This document shows, piece after piece, positions 1 to 11,484 of a stretch of DNA of 64,000 nucleotides; positions within the stretch are counted from its first letter, which is position 1; each line of letters starts with the position of its first letter. The DNA lies in assembly GCA_963806225.1 (NCBI GenBank), contig CAWDXG010000001.1, forward strand, positions 1,568,001 to 1,632,000, written 5' to 3'. The translations under genes and the position numbers were made by a program. The notes beneath the pieces are model-generated. The model searched no databases, was not told the origin of the DNA, and saw only the letters and a list, made by a program, of their open reading frames with translations. Source of the stretch: an uncultured delta proteobacterium (lineage in GTDB: Bacteria > Myxococcota_A > Polyangia > Polyangiales > Polyangiaceae).

Positions 1-288
1 GAGTTCGAACACAAGATGTCGGAGCTGCCGCGACTCGATCCGAACATCGTGCGCTTCCGTCGTCTGTACGTGTCGGCGGCGATCGAGTGCGAGCTCGACC
101 GCGCGGGCCGCGTGCTGGTGCCGCCTCACCTCAGGGAAAAGGCGGCGCTCGGCAAGGACGCACTCTGGGCCGGCATGGGTCGCAACATCGAGCTGTGGTC
201 GAAGGAGCGCTGGGACGCTGCGCTCGCGATGTCTCCGGACGAGCAGGAAGCCTTCAAGCAGGCCGTCATGGAGCAGATACGGATATGA
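1..288 (+). CDS. mraZ: Transcriptional regulator MraZ (5'-truncated by window edge)
   Basis: Frame is open from base 1. It has the second MraZ repeat (ECELDRAGRVLVPPHLRE...GMGRNIELW) and an ATGA overlap with rsmH. Confidence 0.93.
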   Translation, partial: EFEHKMSELPRLDPNIVRFRRLYVSAAIECELDRAGRVLVPPHLREKAALGKDALWAGMGRNIELWSKERWDAALAMSPDEQEAFKQAVMEQIRI

Positions 289-1211
289 TCGTGGCAGCCG
301 AGATCATCGAACCTCCGCCGCCTTTCGAGCACACCACGGTGATGCCCGGCGAGGTCGTGCAGGCACTTTCGCCGCAGGACGGCGGCCTGTACCTGGACCT
401 GACCGCGGGCGGCGGCGGACACGCGGCGGCCATCCTCGCGGCGTGTGACGGCGCGCGCGTGATCGCATTCGATCGCGACCCGGCTGCGATCGATGCGGCG
501 CGCAAGCGCCTCGCGGAGTTCGGTGTGCGCGCCCGCGTGGCGCGCGCGAGCTTCGACGAGGTGGAGGCATGGCTCGCCGACGAGGGCGTCCAACAGGTGG
601 ACGGGCTGATTGCGGACCTGGGCATCAGCTCGCACCAGCTGACAGACGCGGCACGCGGCATGAGCTTCCGTGTGGAAGGTCCGCTCGACATGCGCATGGA
701 CCCGACACAGGGCGAGACGGTGCGCGAGCTGGTGGCGCGGTTGTCGCAGGACGAGCTGGCGGACGTCATCTACCAGCTCGGCGAGGAACGGCGCTCGCGA
801 CGCGTGGCCCGCTGCATCAAGCAGGCGCTGGCCGCCGGCGAGCTGGAGACGACGCTCGACCTCCGGCGCGCCGTGGTGCGTGCGGTCGGACCACGGCGCG
901 TCGGAGGCATCGATCCGGCGACGCGCACGTTCCAGGCGCTGCGCATCGCGGTCAACGGTGAGCTCGATCAGCTGGCGACGCTGCTCGACGTGGCGTCGCG
1001 CGTTGTGCGTCCCGGTGGCACGGCGGTGTTCATCAGCTTCCACTCCTTGGAGGACCGGCTGGTCAAGCGCGCGTTTGCCGACCGCGAGCGCTGGCAGCGA
1101 CTGAACAAGAAGCCGCTGACCGCAGGAGAGAGCGAGCGCGCGGACAACCCGCGGGCGCGCAGCGCCAAGCTCCGCGCGGCCCACCGCATGGACGAGGAGA
1201 GCGAGGCATGA
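285..1211 (+). CDS. rsmH: 16S rRNA m4C1402 methyltransferase RsmH (MraW)
   Basis: Motifs HTTVM, DLTAGGGGH, DLGISSHQL, GPLDMRMD, ATRTFQALRIAVN, ISFHSLEDR, NPRARSAKLR. Start at ATG 285 (ATGA overlap). Confidence 0.97.
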   Translation: MIVAAEIIEPPPPFEHTTVMPGEVVQALSPQDGGLYLDLTAGGGGHAAAILAACDGARVIAFDRDPAAIDAARKRLAEFGVRARVARASFDEVEAWLADEGVQQVDGLIADLGISSHQLTDAARGMSFRVEGPLDMRMDPTQGETVRELVARLSQDELADVIYQLGEERRSRRVARCIKQALAAGELETTLDLRRAVVRAVGPRRVGGIDPATRTFQALRIAVNGELDQLATLLDVASRVVRPGGTAVFISFHSLEDRLVKRAFADRERWQRLNKKPLTAGESERADNPRARSAKLRAAHRMDEESEA

Positions 1212-1537
1212 AGGAATCCCGCTCGTTTCTGGTGTTGTGGACCCTGGCGGTGCTGGCCGCCACGGCTGCTTTCGTCCTGTATCTCGGGCTGCGGGTGCGC
1301 TCCGTGCAGCTCGGCTACGAGCTCGGGCACTCGCACGCGAAGGTGTCGCGGCTGCGCGAGGTCAAGCGCGTACTGGAGCTGGAGCTCGCCAGTCACAAGA
1401 CGCCGGAGCGCGTCGAGCTGGTGGCGCGCACGTTGCTCGGAATGAAGGAGCCGAGCCCCGATCGCATCCTGTCGGCGGGCAAGGAGCCTTCGGGCGCGGA
1501 GCAGGACAAGAACGACCAGGGCGGAGGTGCTCCGTGA
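1208..1537 (+). CDS. ftsL: Cell division protein FtsL
   Basis: Short bitopic protein with a single TM followed by a coiled coil, ending PERVELVARTLLGM. Lies between rsmH and ftsI with 4-bp overlaps. Confidence 0.88.
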   Translation: MKESRSFLVLWTLAVLAATAAFVLYLGLRVRSVQLGYELGHSHAKVSRLREVKRVLELELASHKTPERVELVARTLLGMKEPSPDRILSAGKEPSGAEQDKNDQGGGAP

Positions 1538-3624
1538 ACGAGAGCAGCCTGAGCACGGCGCGCGGGCGCTGGATCCGCATGCGCATGGGGATCCTGTGCG
1601 GGCTGCTCGCGCTCGGCCTCGGGTTGGTGGTCTCGGCTGGTTGGGACCTGATGGTGAAGGACGGGCGGACCTGGCGCGAGCTGGCCGACAAGCAGCGCCA
1701 GCGGCGCCTGCACGTCGTGCCGAAGCGGGGCACCATCTACGATCGCAACGGCAGCGCGCTGGCGGTGAGCGTCGAGGTGCCCAGCGTGAGCCTGGACTCG
1801 GTGGAGCTTCTGCGCGGAGTGCCGCCGGCGGAGGTGCCGTATGTGGCGCGCGACGCGGCCAACCGTATCGCCCGGGCGCTTTCGCTCGATCCGGCGATGG
1901 TGGAGCGCAAGATCCTGCAGAAGCATCGCTTCACCTGGTTGAAGCGACGCATCAGTGCCCAGGAGGCGGAGCGCATCCGTGAGCTGGCGTCGAGGAAGCA
2001 GCAGAACGGGCAGCGGCGCGTCCACGGTCTGCTCGTGGAAGGGGAGGGGCATCGCTACTACCCGCGTCGCGAGCTGGCGAGCACCGTGCTCGGCTTCGTG
2101 GCGCCGGACGGCGAAGGCAAGGACGGCTTCGAGCTGGAGATGAACCGCGAGCTCAAGGGGCACGTGGAACAGCTGCGTGGCCTGCGCGACCGCGCAGGAA
2201 GGCTGCTCTTCTCCGGCGGCATCCGCGACGACCAGGCGCTCGCCGGTCACAACATCCAGCTGACTATCGATCAGGGCATCCAGTACGTCGCCGAGCGCGC
2301 GCTCGGAAACGCGGTGCGCACCTTCGAGGCGGACGGTGGCTCGGTGGTCGTCGTCAAGCCCGAGACCGGCGAGATCCTCGCGATGGCGAGCTGGCCGCAC
2401 TACAACCCCAACGACTATACCGACAGCGAAGCGGTCCAGCGCCGCGACCGCACCGTGACGGACGTCTTCGAGCCGGGCTCGACGATGAAGATGTTCACGC
2501 TGTCGCTCGGCTTGACCAACGGCGTGATCACGCCCACGCAGAAGCTGTTCTGCGAAAAGGGCATGATGGCGGTGGACAACATCGTCATCCGGGACACGCA
2601 CCGCTCGGGGTGGCTGACCCCGTCGCAGATCCTGCAGGTCTCGTCGAACATCTGTGCCGCGAAGATCGGGCTCAGCATGGGCGGCGACAAGCTGTACGAG
2701 GGCCTGCGCCGCTTTGGGTTCGGCGAGGAAACGGGCATTCCGCTGCCCGGCGAATCCTCGGGCACGCTGCGACCGCGCGGGCGGCCCTGGGTGCAGGTCG
2801 AGACGGCCGCTGCGTCGTTCGGCCAGGGCATCAGCGTCACCAATCTGCAGCTCGCGATGGGTGCGGCCGCGATCGCCAATGGCGGCAGGTTGATGCAGCC
2901 GATCCTGGTGAAGAAGGTGACGACTGCCGACGGCGAGGTCGTGCGCGAGGCCGCGCCGGTCGTGCGCCGGCGGGTGATCTCCGGGCGCGTGGCGCACCTG
3001 ATGGCGGAGATGATGGTGAGCGTGACGGAGGGCGAGGGGACGGGCACTGCCGCGGCCATCCCGGGCTACAAGGTGGCGGGCAAGACCGCGACCGCGCAGA
3101 AGACCGATCCCGCGACGGGGCGCTACTCGCTCGACAAGTACGTGGCGTCGTTCATCGGCTTCGTGCCGGCGGATCACCCGGTGGTGACGATCGCGGTGAT
3201 GGTGGACGAGCCGATGGTGGAGCACGCAGGCGGCGCGGTGGCCGCTCCCGTGTTCCGCAAGGTCGCGGAGATGAGCCTGAAGTACATGGGGCTCACGCCG
3301 CGGGGCACGAAGCCGGTGGACATCAAGAAGCTCGCGCACGAGCCCGACCCGGCCAACGCGACCATCGCGATGCTGCGGCAGGCGGGCGGCGTGAAGCCGG
3401 CGGTGCAGGAGGTGAAGAAGGACGACGGGCCCGTGCCGCACGGCGAGGTGCGACTGCCGGACATGACGGGGTGGCCCGTGCGCGAGGCGGTGCGCCAGGC
3501 GATCGAGCTCGGCGTGCACCCGGAGGTCAAGGGCTCGGGGCTTCTGGCCAAGCAGCATCCGGCGCCGGGCGGATTGGTGAAGAAGGGCGATCACCTGCTT
3601 CTCGTGTTCGAGCCCGCGACATGA
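1534..3624 (+). CDS. ftsI: Peptidoglycan D,D-transpeptidase FtsI/PBP3 with C-terminal PASTA domain
   Basis: N-terminal TM, RGTIYDRNG, EPGSTMK (SxxK), SSN, GKTATAQ, and PASTA-like LPDMTGWPVREA. GTG start overlaps the ftsL stop. Confidence 0.96.
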   Translation: MNESSLSTARGRWIRMRMGILCGLLALGLGLVVSAGWDLMVKDGRTWRELADKQRQRRLHVVPKRGTIYDRNGSALAVSVEVPSVSLDSVELLRGVPPAEVPYVARDAANRIARALSLDPAMVERKILQKHRFTWLKRRISAQEAERIRELASRKQQNGQRRVHGLLVEGEGHRYYPRRELASTVLGFVAPDGEGKDGFELEMNRELKGHVEQLRGLRDRAGRLLFSGGIRDDQALAGHNIQLTIDQGIQYVAERALGNAVRTFEADGGSVVVVKPETGEILAMASWPHYNPNDYTDSEAVQRRDRTVTDVFEPGSTMKMFTLSLGLTNGVITPTQKLFCEKGMMAVDNIVIRDTHRSGWLTPSQILQVSSNICAAKIGLSMGGDKLYEGLRRFGFGEETGIPLPGESSGTLRPRGRPWVQVETAAASFGQGISVTNLQLAMGAAAIANGGRLMQPILVKKVTTADGEVVREAAPVVRRRVISGRVAHLMAEMMVSVTEGEGTGTAAAIPGYKVAGKTATAQKTDPATGRYSLDKYVASFIGFVPADHPVVTIAVMVDEPMVEHAGGAVAAPVFRKVAEMSLKYMGLTPRGTKPVDIKKLAHEPDPANATIAMLRQAGGVKPAVQEVKKDDGPVPHGEVRLPDMTGWPVREAVRQAIELGVHPEVKGSGLLAKQHPAPGGLVKKGDHLLLVFEPAT

Positions 3625-5157
3625 ACATGCCCGTGCCGACGAAAGGACTCGACGTCCAGCAGAGCCTGCGCTCCGGCATTACGCTGGGCGAGCTCGAGCG
3701 TGAGCTCGAGGCCGTCGGCGCGCGGCTCCAGGGCGGCGCGGACGTGGCGGTCAGCGACGTGCGGCACGACTCGCGCCAGGTGCGCCAGGGCGATCTGTTC
3801 GTGGCGCGGCGGGGCGGGCGCGCGAGCGGCCTCTCGTTTATCGAGGACGCCCTGGCGCGCGGCGCGGCGGCGCTGATCCTCGAGCGCGGCGTGCCGGAGA
3901 GTTTCGATGTGCCGGTGCTCGAGGTGGATGACGTGCGGCTGGCGCTGGCGCTCGCCGCCGAGGCGGTGCACGCCCATCCCACGCGGGCGCTTTCGGTGGT
4001 GGGCCTCACGGGCACCAACGGCAAGACCACCACGGCGTGGCTCGTGCAGCACGCTCTTGCGGGGGCTGGCGCAAGGCCCGCGCGGCTCGGGACACTCGGC
4101 TACGACTTCGGCGCGCGATCGTTCCGGGTCGCTGCTCACGACTCCGGAAGCCGACGACATCTCGCGGCTTGCGGCACGGGTGGTGTCGAGCGGCGGCACG
4201 CATCTGGTGATGGAAGCGTCGAGCCACGCGCTCTCGCAGGCGCGGGTGGACGCCGTGCATTTCGCGGTGGCCGCGTTCACCAACCTCACGCAGGATCACC
4301 TCGACTACCACGAGTCGATGGATAGCTACGCGGCGGCCAAGCTCCGGCTCTTCACCGAGCTCCGGCCGGATGTATCGGTGCTGAACGTCGACGACGAGAC
4401 CGGCGCGCGCTTCGCCGAGCAGGCGCGGGGCCGCGTGATCCGCGTCGGGCGCCGACCGGACGCGGACGTGCGCCCCATCGACGTGGAGCTCGATGCGAGC
4501 GGCATCCACGGGCGGGTGCGGCTTGCGTCGGGAGAGGTGCGGATCGCCAGCCGGCTGGTGGGCGAGCACAACCTCGACAACCTGCTGCTCACGCTCGGCA
4601 TCGTCGAGGCGCTCGGACTGTCCGCCGAGCGCGCCGCCGAGGCTCTCTCGCTGTGTCCGGCGGTGCCCGGGAGGCTCGAGCGCTGCGACGTTCCGGTGGA
4701 CGACGTGCTCGCGCTGGTCGACTACGCCCACACGCCCGACGCCCTGTCGCGCGCTCTTGCCGCGGTGCGGGGTCTGGGAAACGGGCGTGTGCTCTGCGTT
4801 TTCGGCTGCGGCGGCGACCGCGATCCGGACAAGCGTCCGCTCATGGGCGACGCGGTTGGACGCGGCGCAGACTACGCCATCATCAGCAACGACAATCCCC
4901 GCTCGGAGGATCCGGAGGCGATCGCGAAGGCCATCGAGCCGGGTCTCGCGGCGCACGATATCCCGTACGAGACGATCCTCGACCGCGCCCGCGCCATCGA
5001 ACGGGCCGTGACCCTGGCGGAGCCCGGCGATGTCGTGCTGGTCGCGGGCAAGGGGCACGAGCCGTACCAGATCCTCGGCGACGTGCGCCGGCGCTTCGAC
5101 GACCGCGTCGAGCTCCGGCGGGCGCTGGCGCTCCGGCGCGAAAGGCTCGGGCGCTGA
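3621..5157 (+). CDS. murE: UDP-MurNAc-Ala-Glu:meso-DAP ligase MurE (one frameshift ~4115-4130, probable sequencing error)
   Basis: DSRQV and GLTGTNGKTTT are in one frame. TTPE, MEASSH, FTNLTQDHLDYH, DYAHTPD, FGCGGDRD, DNPR (meso-DAP type) and AGKGHE are in the +1 frame. Confidence 0.93.
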
Positions 5158-6579
5158 TGGCGACGCCGATTCCGGAAAACCGCGTGGCGCTGTCGCTGGC
5201 GGAGATCGCGGAGGCGACGGCCGGCGAGGTGCTCGCCGGCGGCACGCAGGCCGTCCGCGGCGTCACCACCGACTCGCGCGGCGACGTGGCGGGCAAGCTG
5301 TTCGTGGCGCTGGAGGGCGAGAGCTTCGATGGGCACGATTTCGTCGCCCAGGCCGTGAGTGCGGGCGCCGCGGCGGTACTGGTGTCGCGTGACGTTCCGC
5401 TGGACGGCGACGTGGCGATCGTGCGCGTGCCGTCGACGCTGGACGCGCTCGGCGCAGCTGGCGCGCCTGCATCGCCGGCGCTGGGGCGGCACACTGGTGG
5501 CGATCGGCGGCTCGGCGGGCAAGACGACGACGAAAACCGCCGTCGCGTCGGTGCTCGAGGCACTGATGCCCGGCCAGGTGCACGCGGCGCGCGGCAATCT
5601 GAACAACCAGATCGGCGTGCCGATGGTGCTGTTCGGGCTCGAGCCGGCGCACAAGCTGGCGGTCGTGGAGATCGGCACGAACCAGCGCGGCGAGGTGGAA
5701 AAGCTGGCGGCGGTCGCGGAGCCGGACGTGGCGCTCCTGACGCTCATCGCGCTGGAGCACGCCGAGGGCATCGGCGACCTGGACGCGGTGGAAGCCGAGG
5801 AGGGCGCGCTGCTGGCGGCGCTCGGGCCCGCCGCTACGGCGATCGGCAACGTCGACGATGCGCGCGTGCGACGCCAACTTGAACGAAGTCCCGCCGGGTC
5901 CAGGATCGGCTACGGCGCCGCGGAGTCCGCCGACTACCGGCTCTTGTCGCGCGAGCCGCATGGACTGTCCGGTGCGCGGCTCGCGATCCGCCGGCCCAGC
6001 GGCGACGCCACGATCGACATCTCCCTGTGCGGCCTGCCGGGCGCGCTGGCCGCGCTGGCGGCGCTCGCCGTCGCGGAACGGGTCCAGGGGGAACCCGTCG
6101 ATGCTGTGCGCGCCGCGGCTGCGGTCACCGCCGAACCCGGGCGGCTCGGTCCGCTCACCCTCGGCGACGGCACCGTCGTGCTCGACGACAGCTACAACGC
6201 GAACCCCGCCAGTGTGAAGAGCTCGGTCCAGACCGCGCGCGAGATCGCCGAGGCGCGCAGCGCGCGGCTGGTGCTGGTGATCGGCGAGATGCGCGAGCTC
6301 GGCGCGGCTTCCGCCGGCGAGCACGCGGCACTAGGGCGCGAGCTGGGCGCGGGCATCGCCGCCGCGTTGGTACTGGTCGGCGGTGACGCCGAGCTGGCGC
6401 TCCAGCCGGCGCGCGCCGGCGGGCTCGACGCGGTGTTCGCGCCGGACGCGGAGTCTGCGCTCGCGCCGGTGCTGGAGCGCGTGCGCGCGGGCGACGTGGT
6501 GCTGGTCAAGGCGTCGCGCGGCGTCCGCGCCGAGCGCATCGTGGACGGCTTGATCCGCGCCAGGGGGAGGGCGGCGTGA
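5157..6579 (+). CDS. murF: UDP-MurNAc-tripeptide:D-Ala-D-Ala ligase MurF (one frameshift ~5452)
   Basis: TDSR, LFVALEGESFDGHDF, then in the +1 frame GSAGKTTTK, NLNNQIGVP, DDSYNANP, GEMRELG, VLVKASRG. Confidence 0.93.
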
Positions 6580-7705
6580 TCTACGAGCTGCTCTATCCGC
6601 TGAGCCAGCGCTTCGGCTGGGCGAGCGCGCTCAACGTGCTGCGTTACACGCCATTCCGCGCGATCATGTCGACGATCACGGCGATGCTGATGTGCTTCGT
6701 GCTGGCGCCGTGGTTCATCAGAAGCTCCGCGGCAGGCAGATCAGCCAGATCATCCGCGAGGAGGGTCCCGAGTCGCACCAGGCCAAGGCCGGTACGCCGA
6801 CCATGGGCGGCGCGCTGATCCTGCTTGCCGTGCTGGTGCCGACGGTGCTGTGGGCCGACGTGAAGAACGTGTTCGTGCTGGCGACGGCGGCGGTCACCGC
6901 CGGCTACGGCGCCATCGGCTATATCGACGACCGGATGAAGATCACGGGTGGCAGCGCCAAGGGCCTGCCGGGGCGCTACAAGCTGCTCGGGCAGTTCCTG
7001 ATCGGCGGCGCAGCCATCGGCTACGTGTTCCTCGACACGAACAAGATGCCCGCCGACTGGGTGGCGATGCGGACGCGGCTGTCGATTCCGTTCGTGGCCT
7101 TCCACAAGCACCCGGTCGAGTTGCCGCTCTGGCTGTACATCGTCTTCGCGCTGTTCGTGGTGGTGGGCACGAGCAACGCGGTCAATCTCACCGACGGTCT
7201 GGACGGCCTCGCGATCGGTCCGGTGATGATCAACGCCGGGACCTACATGGTGTGGGCGTACATCGCCGGCCTGATCCTGTTCGGCCGTCCGATGGCGCAG
7301 TACCTCGACATCCCCGGCATCCTGGAGATGAGCGATCTCGCGGTGTTCGGTGCGGCGGTGATCGGCGCGGGGGTCGGCTTCCTCTGGTACAACACCTATC
7401 CAGCGCAGGTGTTCATGGGGGACGTCGGTTCGCTGTCGCTCGGCGGCGGGCTCGGCATGATGGCCGTTCTCACGAAGAACGAGCTTCTGAGCATCCTCAT
7501 CGGCGGCATCTTCTTCCTCGAGGCGGTGAGCGTCATCACCCAGGTGGTGAGCTTCAAGCTGTTCGGGCGGCGCGTGTTCCTGATGGCGCCGATCCACCAC
7601 CACTTCGAACAGAAGGGCTGGCCCGAGCCGCGCATCATCGTGCGTTTCTGGATCATCTCCATCCTGTTGGCCCTGGTGGCCCTGTCGTCCCTGAAGCTGA
7701 GGTAG
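6576..7705 (+). CDS. mraY: Phospho-MurNAc-pentapeptide transferase MraY (one frameshift ~6720)
   Basis: KAGTPTMGG, IGYIDD, SNAVNLTDGLDGLA, PAQVFMGDVGS, MAPIHHHFE. The N-terminus (MIYELLYPL...) is in a different frame. Confidence 0.95.
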
Positions 7706-7708
7706 CCG

Positions 7709-9052
7709 ATGGAGATAGCGGGCAAGCGGGTCATCGTCGTCGGGCTGGGGCAGAGCGGGATTGCCGCGGCGCGGCTGTGCGCGGCGCGCGGCGCGCGCGT
7801 GGTGGCGGCCGACGCTGCGCCACTCGAGCGGCTGGACGCCGCTGTGCGCGAGCTGGACGCAGAGGTCGTGACCGGCGGCTACGACGGCGTGCGCTTCGAG
7901 GACGCGGCTCTGATCGTGATCTCGCCCGGTGTGCCGGCGTTCCCGGCGCTGCGCGCCGCGGAAGCGGCCGGCGTCGAGGTCATCGGCGAGCTGGAGCTCG
8001 CGTGGCGCTGTCTGGATGCGCCGCTGGCGCTCGTGGGCGGCACCAACGGCAAGAGCACGACGACGACGCTGCTCGGCCATCTGGTTGCGGCGAGCGGCGC
8101 GCGCACCTTCGTCGGCGGCAACCTCGGCACCCCGCTCTCCGACGCCGTGGACGGCAGCTGGGACGCCCTGGTCGTGGAGGCGTCCAGCTTCCAGCTCGAG
8201 CGCGCGCCGACGCTGCGTCCGCGCGTCGCGGTGCTGCTCAACATCAGCGAGGATCACCTCGACCGCTATCCGGATCTGGCGGCGTACGCGCGTGCCAAGG
8301 GCAACGCCTTCATCAACCAGACGCCGGAGGACATCGCGGTGATCCCGGCCAACGATCAGCTGTGCGCCGAGCAGGCCGCGCGCGGCCGCGGGCGCGTGGT
8401 GGGCTTCGGGCCGGGTGGCGACTACTCGGTCGACGATCGCGAGGTGGTCGAGCACGCGGGCGGCGAGCGCTTTTCCCTGGAAGGGGCCGACCTGCACGGC
8501 CGGCACAATCTCGACAATGCCGCCGCGGCGATCGCGGCTGCGCGCGAGCTCGGCGTCTCCAGGCAGGCGATCTCCGACGGCTTGTCGCGCTTCCGGGCGC
8601 TGCCTCATCGCATGGCCCTGGCCGGCGTGGTCGACGGCATCACCTTCTACGACGATTCGAAAGGGACCAACGTCGGTGCGGCGGTGACCGCGCTTTCGTG
8701 GTCTCGTCGAGCCGCGCGGCGTGTTGATCGCCGGCGGCCGCGACAAGCTCGGCTCCTACGAGCCGCTGGTCGCCGCACTGGAAGAGAAGGGGCGTGCACT
8801 GGTCTTGATCGGCGAGGCGGCCGAACGCATCGCTGCCGCGGTCGGCGACCGGCTGCCCGTCGAGCGTGCGGCAATCGATGCGCGCCGCCGTGGAGCGCGC
8901 CTACCGGCTGGCGCACCCCGGCGACGCGGTGCTCTTGAGCCCCGCCTGCTCGAGCTTCGACATGTTCAAGAGCTACGCCGAACGCGGGCGATAGCTTCGT
9001 GGAAGCGGTTGGGGAGCTCGCCGCCCGGCCGCGGCTGGAGGAAGCCCGGTGA
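7709..9052 (+). CDS. murD: UDP-MurNAc-L-Ala:D-Glu ligase MurD (frameshifts ~8695, ~8874, ~8987)
   Basis: [44 protein letters not shown]. The C-terminal [34 protein letters not shown] and the tail to TGA 9052 lie in successive +1 frames. Confidence 0.92.
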
Positions 9053-10330
9053 AGAAGTTCCTGAAGAGTCTGTTGGCGCCCGGGCCGCGCACCGGTCCGG
9101 TCGACGTGGTGCTGGCAGCGGTGGTGATCGGCCTCGTCGGTTTCGGCGTGGTGATGGTGTACAGCGCCAGCGTCATCGAGGCGACCACCGTCTTCCACGA
9201 CCCGCAGTACTTCCTCAAGCGTCAGGCCATCTACGCCGGCATCGGGCTGACGGTGATGTTCTTCGCTCTCGCGTTTCGACTACCACAAGCTCAAGGCGCT
9301 CACGTACCCGGTGCTGGTCGCGGTGACGGGACTGATGCTGCTCAGCGTGGTCGGTTTCGGCCACTCCGGCGGCGGCGCGGCGCGCTGGCTCCGGCTCGGC
9401 CCGGTCAACGTGCAGCCGTCCGAGATGGCCAAGCTCGCGTTGATCCTGTGGCTCGCCTACTCGCTCGAGAAGAAGCAGGAGAAGGTCAAGAGCTTCTCCA
9501 TCGGCATGCTCCCGCACCTCATCATGGTCGGCGGGCTGATGCTGCTGTGCCTCAAGCAGCCGGACTTCGGCAGCGCCGTCGTGCTCCTGTTCCTGACGTT
9601 CACGCTGCTGTTCGTCGCTGGTGCGCGGCTCGGCTACCTGCTCGGCGTTGGCATGGTGGGCGCCGTGGGGGCGGCGTGGCTGGTGCGCTTCAAGACCTAT
9701 CGCTGGGAACGCATGCTCGCCTGGTTCAACATGAACCAGCACCGGCAGGATCTGGCGTACCAGCCCTTCCAGTCGGTGATGAGCTTCGGCTCGGGTCAGG
9801 TTACCGGGCTCGGTCTCGGCAAGGGCCTGCAGGTGCTGTACCTGCCCGAGGCGCACACCGACTTCATCTCGGCGATCATCGGCGAGGAGCTCGGCTTCAT
9901 CGGCATCCTGCTCTTGTGCACGGTGTTCCTGGTGATCGTCGCGCGGGGGGTGCGCACGGCTCTGGCCGCGAAGGACGACTACGGCTCCTACATCGCCTTC
10001 GGCATCTCGATCCTGTTCGGCGTGCAGGCGCTGATCAACATGGCCGTCGCCATGGCGATGCTGCCCACGAAGGGTCTGACCCTGCCGTTCGTCAGCTACG
10101 GCGGCTCGTCGCTCCTGGTGAGCGCTGCGGCGATGGGCGTGCTGCTCAACGTGTCGCGGAGCCGCATCGGCAACGCGAACGCGCGGGTGCCCGGAAGCGC
10201 GGGCCCCGAGCCCGAGGCCAGCGCGATGTTGGTGAGCGAAGCCGACTTCGCGCCGGAAGCGAAGAAGAAGCCGACGAAGAAGCGGCGCGTGAAGAAGCCC
10301 GGCATCACGCCGGCCGGGGAGGGCGCATGA
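9049..10330 (+). CDS. ftsW: SEDS peptidoglycan glycosyltransferase FtsW (one frameshift ~9265)
   Basis: VMVYSAS, then in the +1 frame GAARWL, QPSEMAK, KQPDFG, YLPEAHTDFI, GEELG, PTKGLTLPFVSYGGSS. Confidence 0.95.
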
Positions 10331-11484
10331 CGGCGCTGCTCTTCGCAGGCGGAGGCACCGGGGGCCACGTGTTCCCGATGGTGGCCGTGGCCGATGCGCT
10401 CTCCGGCATCGCGCCCGGGCTCCGTCTGGTGTTCGTGGGCACCTCGCGCGGACTGGAAAAGCGCGTCGTGCCGGAGCGGGGCTACGAGCTCGAGCTGATG
10501 GACGTGCTGCCGATCCGCGGTGGCGGCGTTTCGGGCGCGCTCAAGGGCATGGGGCGTGCGGCCGCGCTGGTCGGTCAGGGGCGCGCTCTGGTCAAGCGCT
10601 ACGCGCCGGCGGCGGTGTTCTCGCTCGGCGGCTATGCGGCGGGGCCCGTCTCTCTGGCCGCGCGGCTTTCCGGCGTACCGCTGGCGCTGATGGAGCCGAA
10701 CGCGGTCATCGGCCTGGCCAACCGCCTGGTGGCGCCGTTCGTGCGGCGTGCGTACACGGCATTCGAAGAGCCGGAGCGGCATTTCAAGCAGGGCGTGGTG
10801 CTGCGCTCCGGCGTGCCCATCCGTGGCGGCTTCGAGCCGCGCCCCTACGCGCGCGCCGCGGGCGCGCTCCGCGCGCTGGTACTCGGCGGCAGCCAGGGGG
10901 CCAAGGCGCTGAACGAAGCTGTGCCGCACGCGCTGGCCCAGGCCCGGACGCCCGTTCGGGTGGTCCACCAGTGCGGTCCGGCGCACGGCCCGGCCGTCGA
11001 GGAGCTGTACGCTTCGCTTGGCGCTCGCGATCGCGCGCAGGTGGTACCGTTCATCGAGGACATGCCGTCGGCGATCGGCGCGGCCGATCTCGTGATCGGA
11101 CGCGCCGGTGCCAGTGCGGTCAGCGAGATCTGCGCTGTCGGAAGGCCCAGCGTGCTGGTCCCGTATCCCTTCGCCGCGGGCGACCACCAGCTGGCAAACG
11201 CCCAGGCGCTGGAGAAGGCGGGCGCCGCGCTGTGTGTGCACTCGGTCGACGCGACGCCCGCGCGGTTGGCCGGCGAGATCGACAGGCTGGCGGCAGCCGA
11301 CGGCGAGCTCGAGCGCATGGCAGGGGCGGCGCGGGCCTTCGGCCGTCCACACGCTGCGCTCGCGATCGCGCGGGACCTGCTCGCGCTGGCCGGCCTGCAG
11401 GCGGAAGCGGCGCCAAGCGGCGGGGCCAGCGCGGCTCCGCCCGGCGCCGGCCACGGATCGCTTTCAATGCGGGGGGTGGCCTGA
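10327..11484 (+). CDS. murG: Undecaprenyl-PP-MurNAc-pentapeptide GlcNAc transferase MurG
   Basis: GGGTGGHVFP, GGYAAGP, EPNAVIGLANR, GGSQGA, RAGASAVSEI, DHQLANA. Confidence 0.97.
   Translation: MTALLFAGGGTGGHVFPMVAVADALSGIAPGLRLVFVGTSRGLEKRVVPERGYELELMDVLPIRGGGVSGALKGMGRAAALVGQGRALVKRYAPAAVFSLGGYAAGPVSLAARLSGVPLALMEPNAVIGLANRLVAPFVRRAYTAFEEPERHFKQGVVLRSGVPIRGGFEPRPYARAAGALRALVLGGSQGAKALNEAVPHALAQARTPVRVVHQCGPAHGPAVEELYASLGARDRAQVVPFIEDMPSAIGAADLVIGRAGASAVSEICAVGRPSVLVPYPFAAGDHQLANAQALEKAGAALCVHSVDATPARLAGEIDRLAAADGELERMAGAARAFGRPHAALAIARDLLALAGLQAEAAPSGGASAAPPGAGHGSLSMRGVA

Noticed and set aside
9049..11484. Apparent 811-aa FtsW-MurG fusion in the ORF track
   Set aside because: Artefact of the ftsW indel: the middle part is off-frame nonsense, and murG has its own ATG at 10327.
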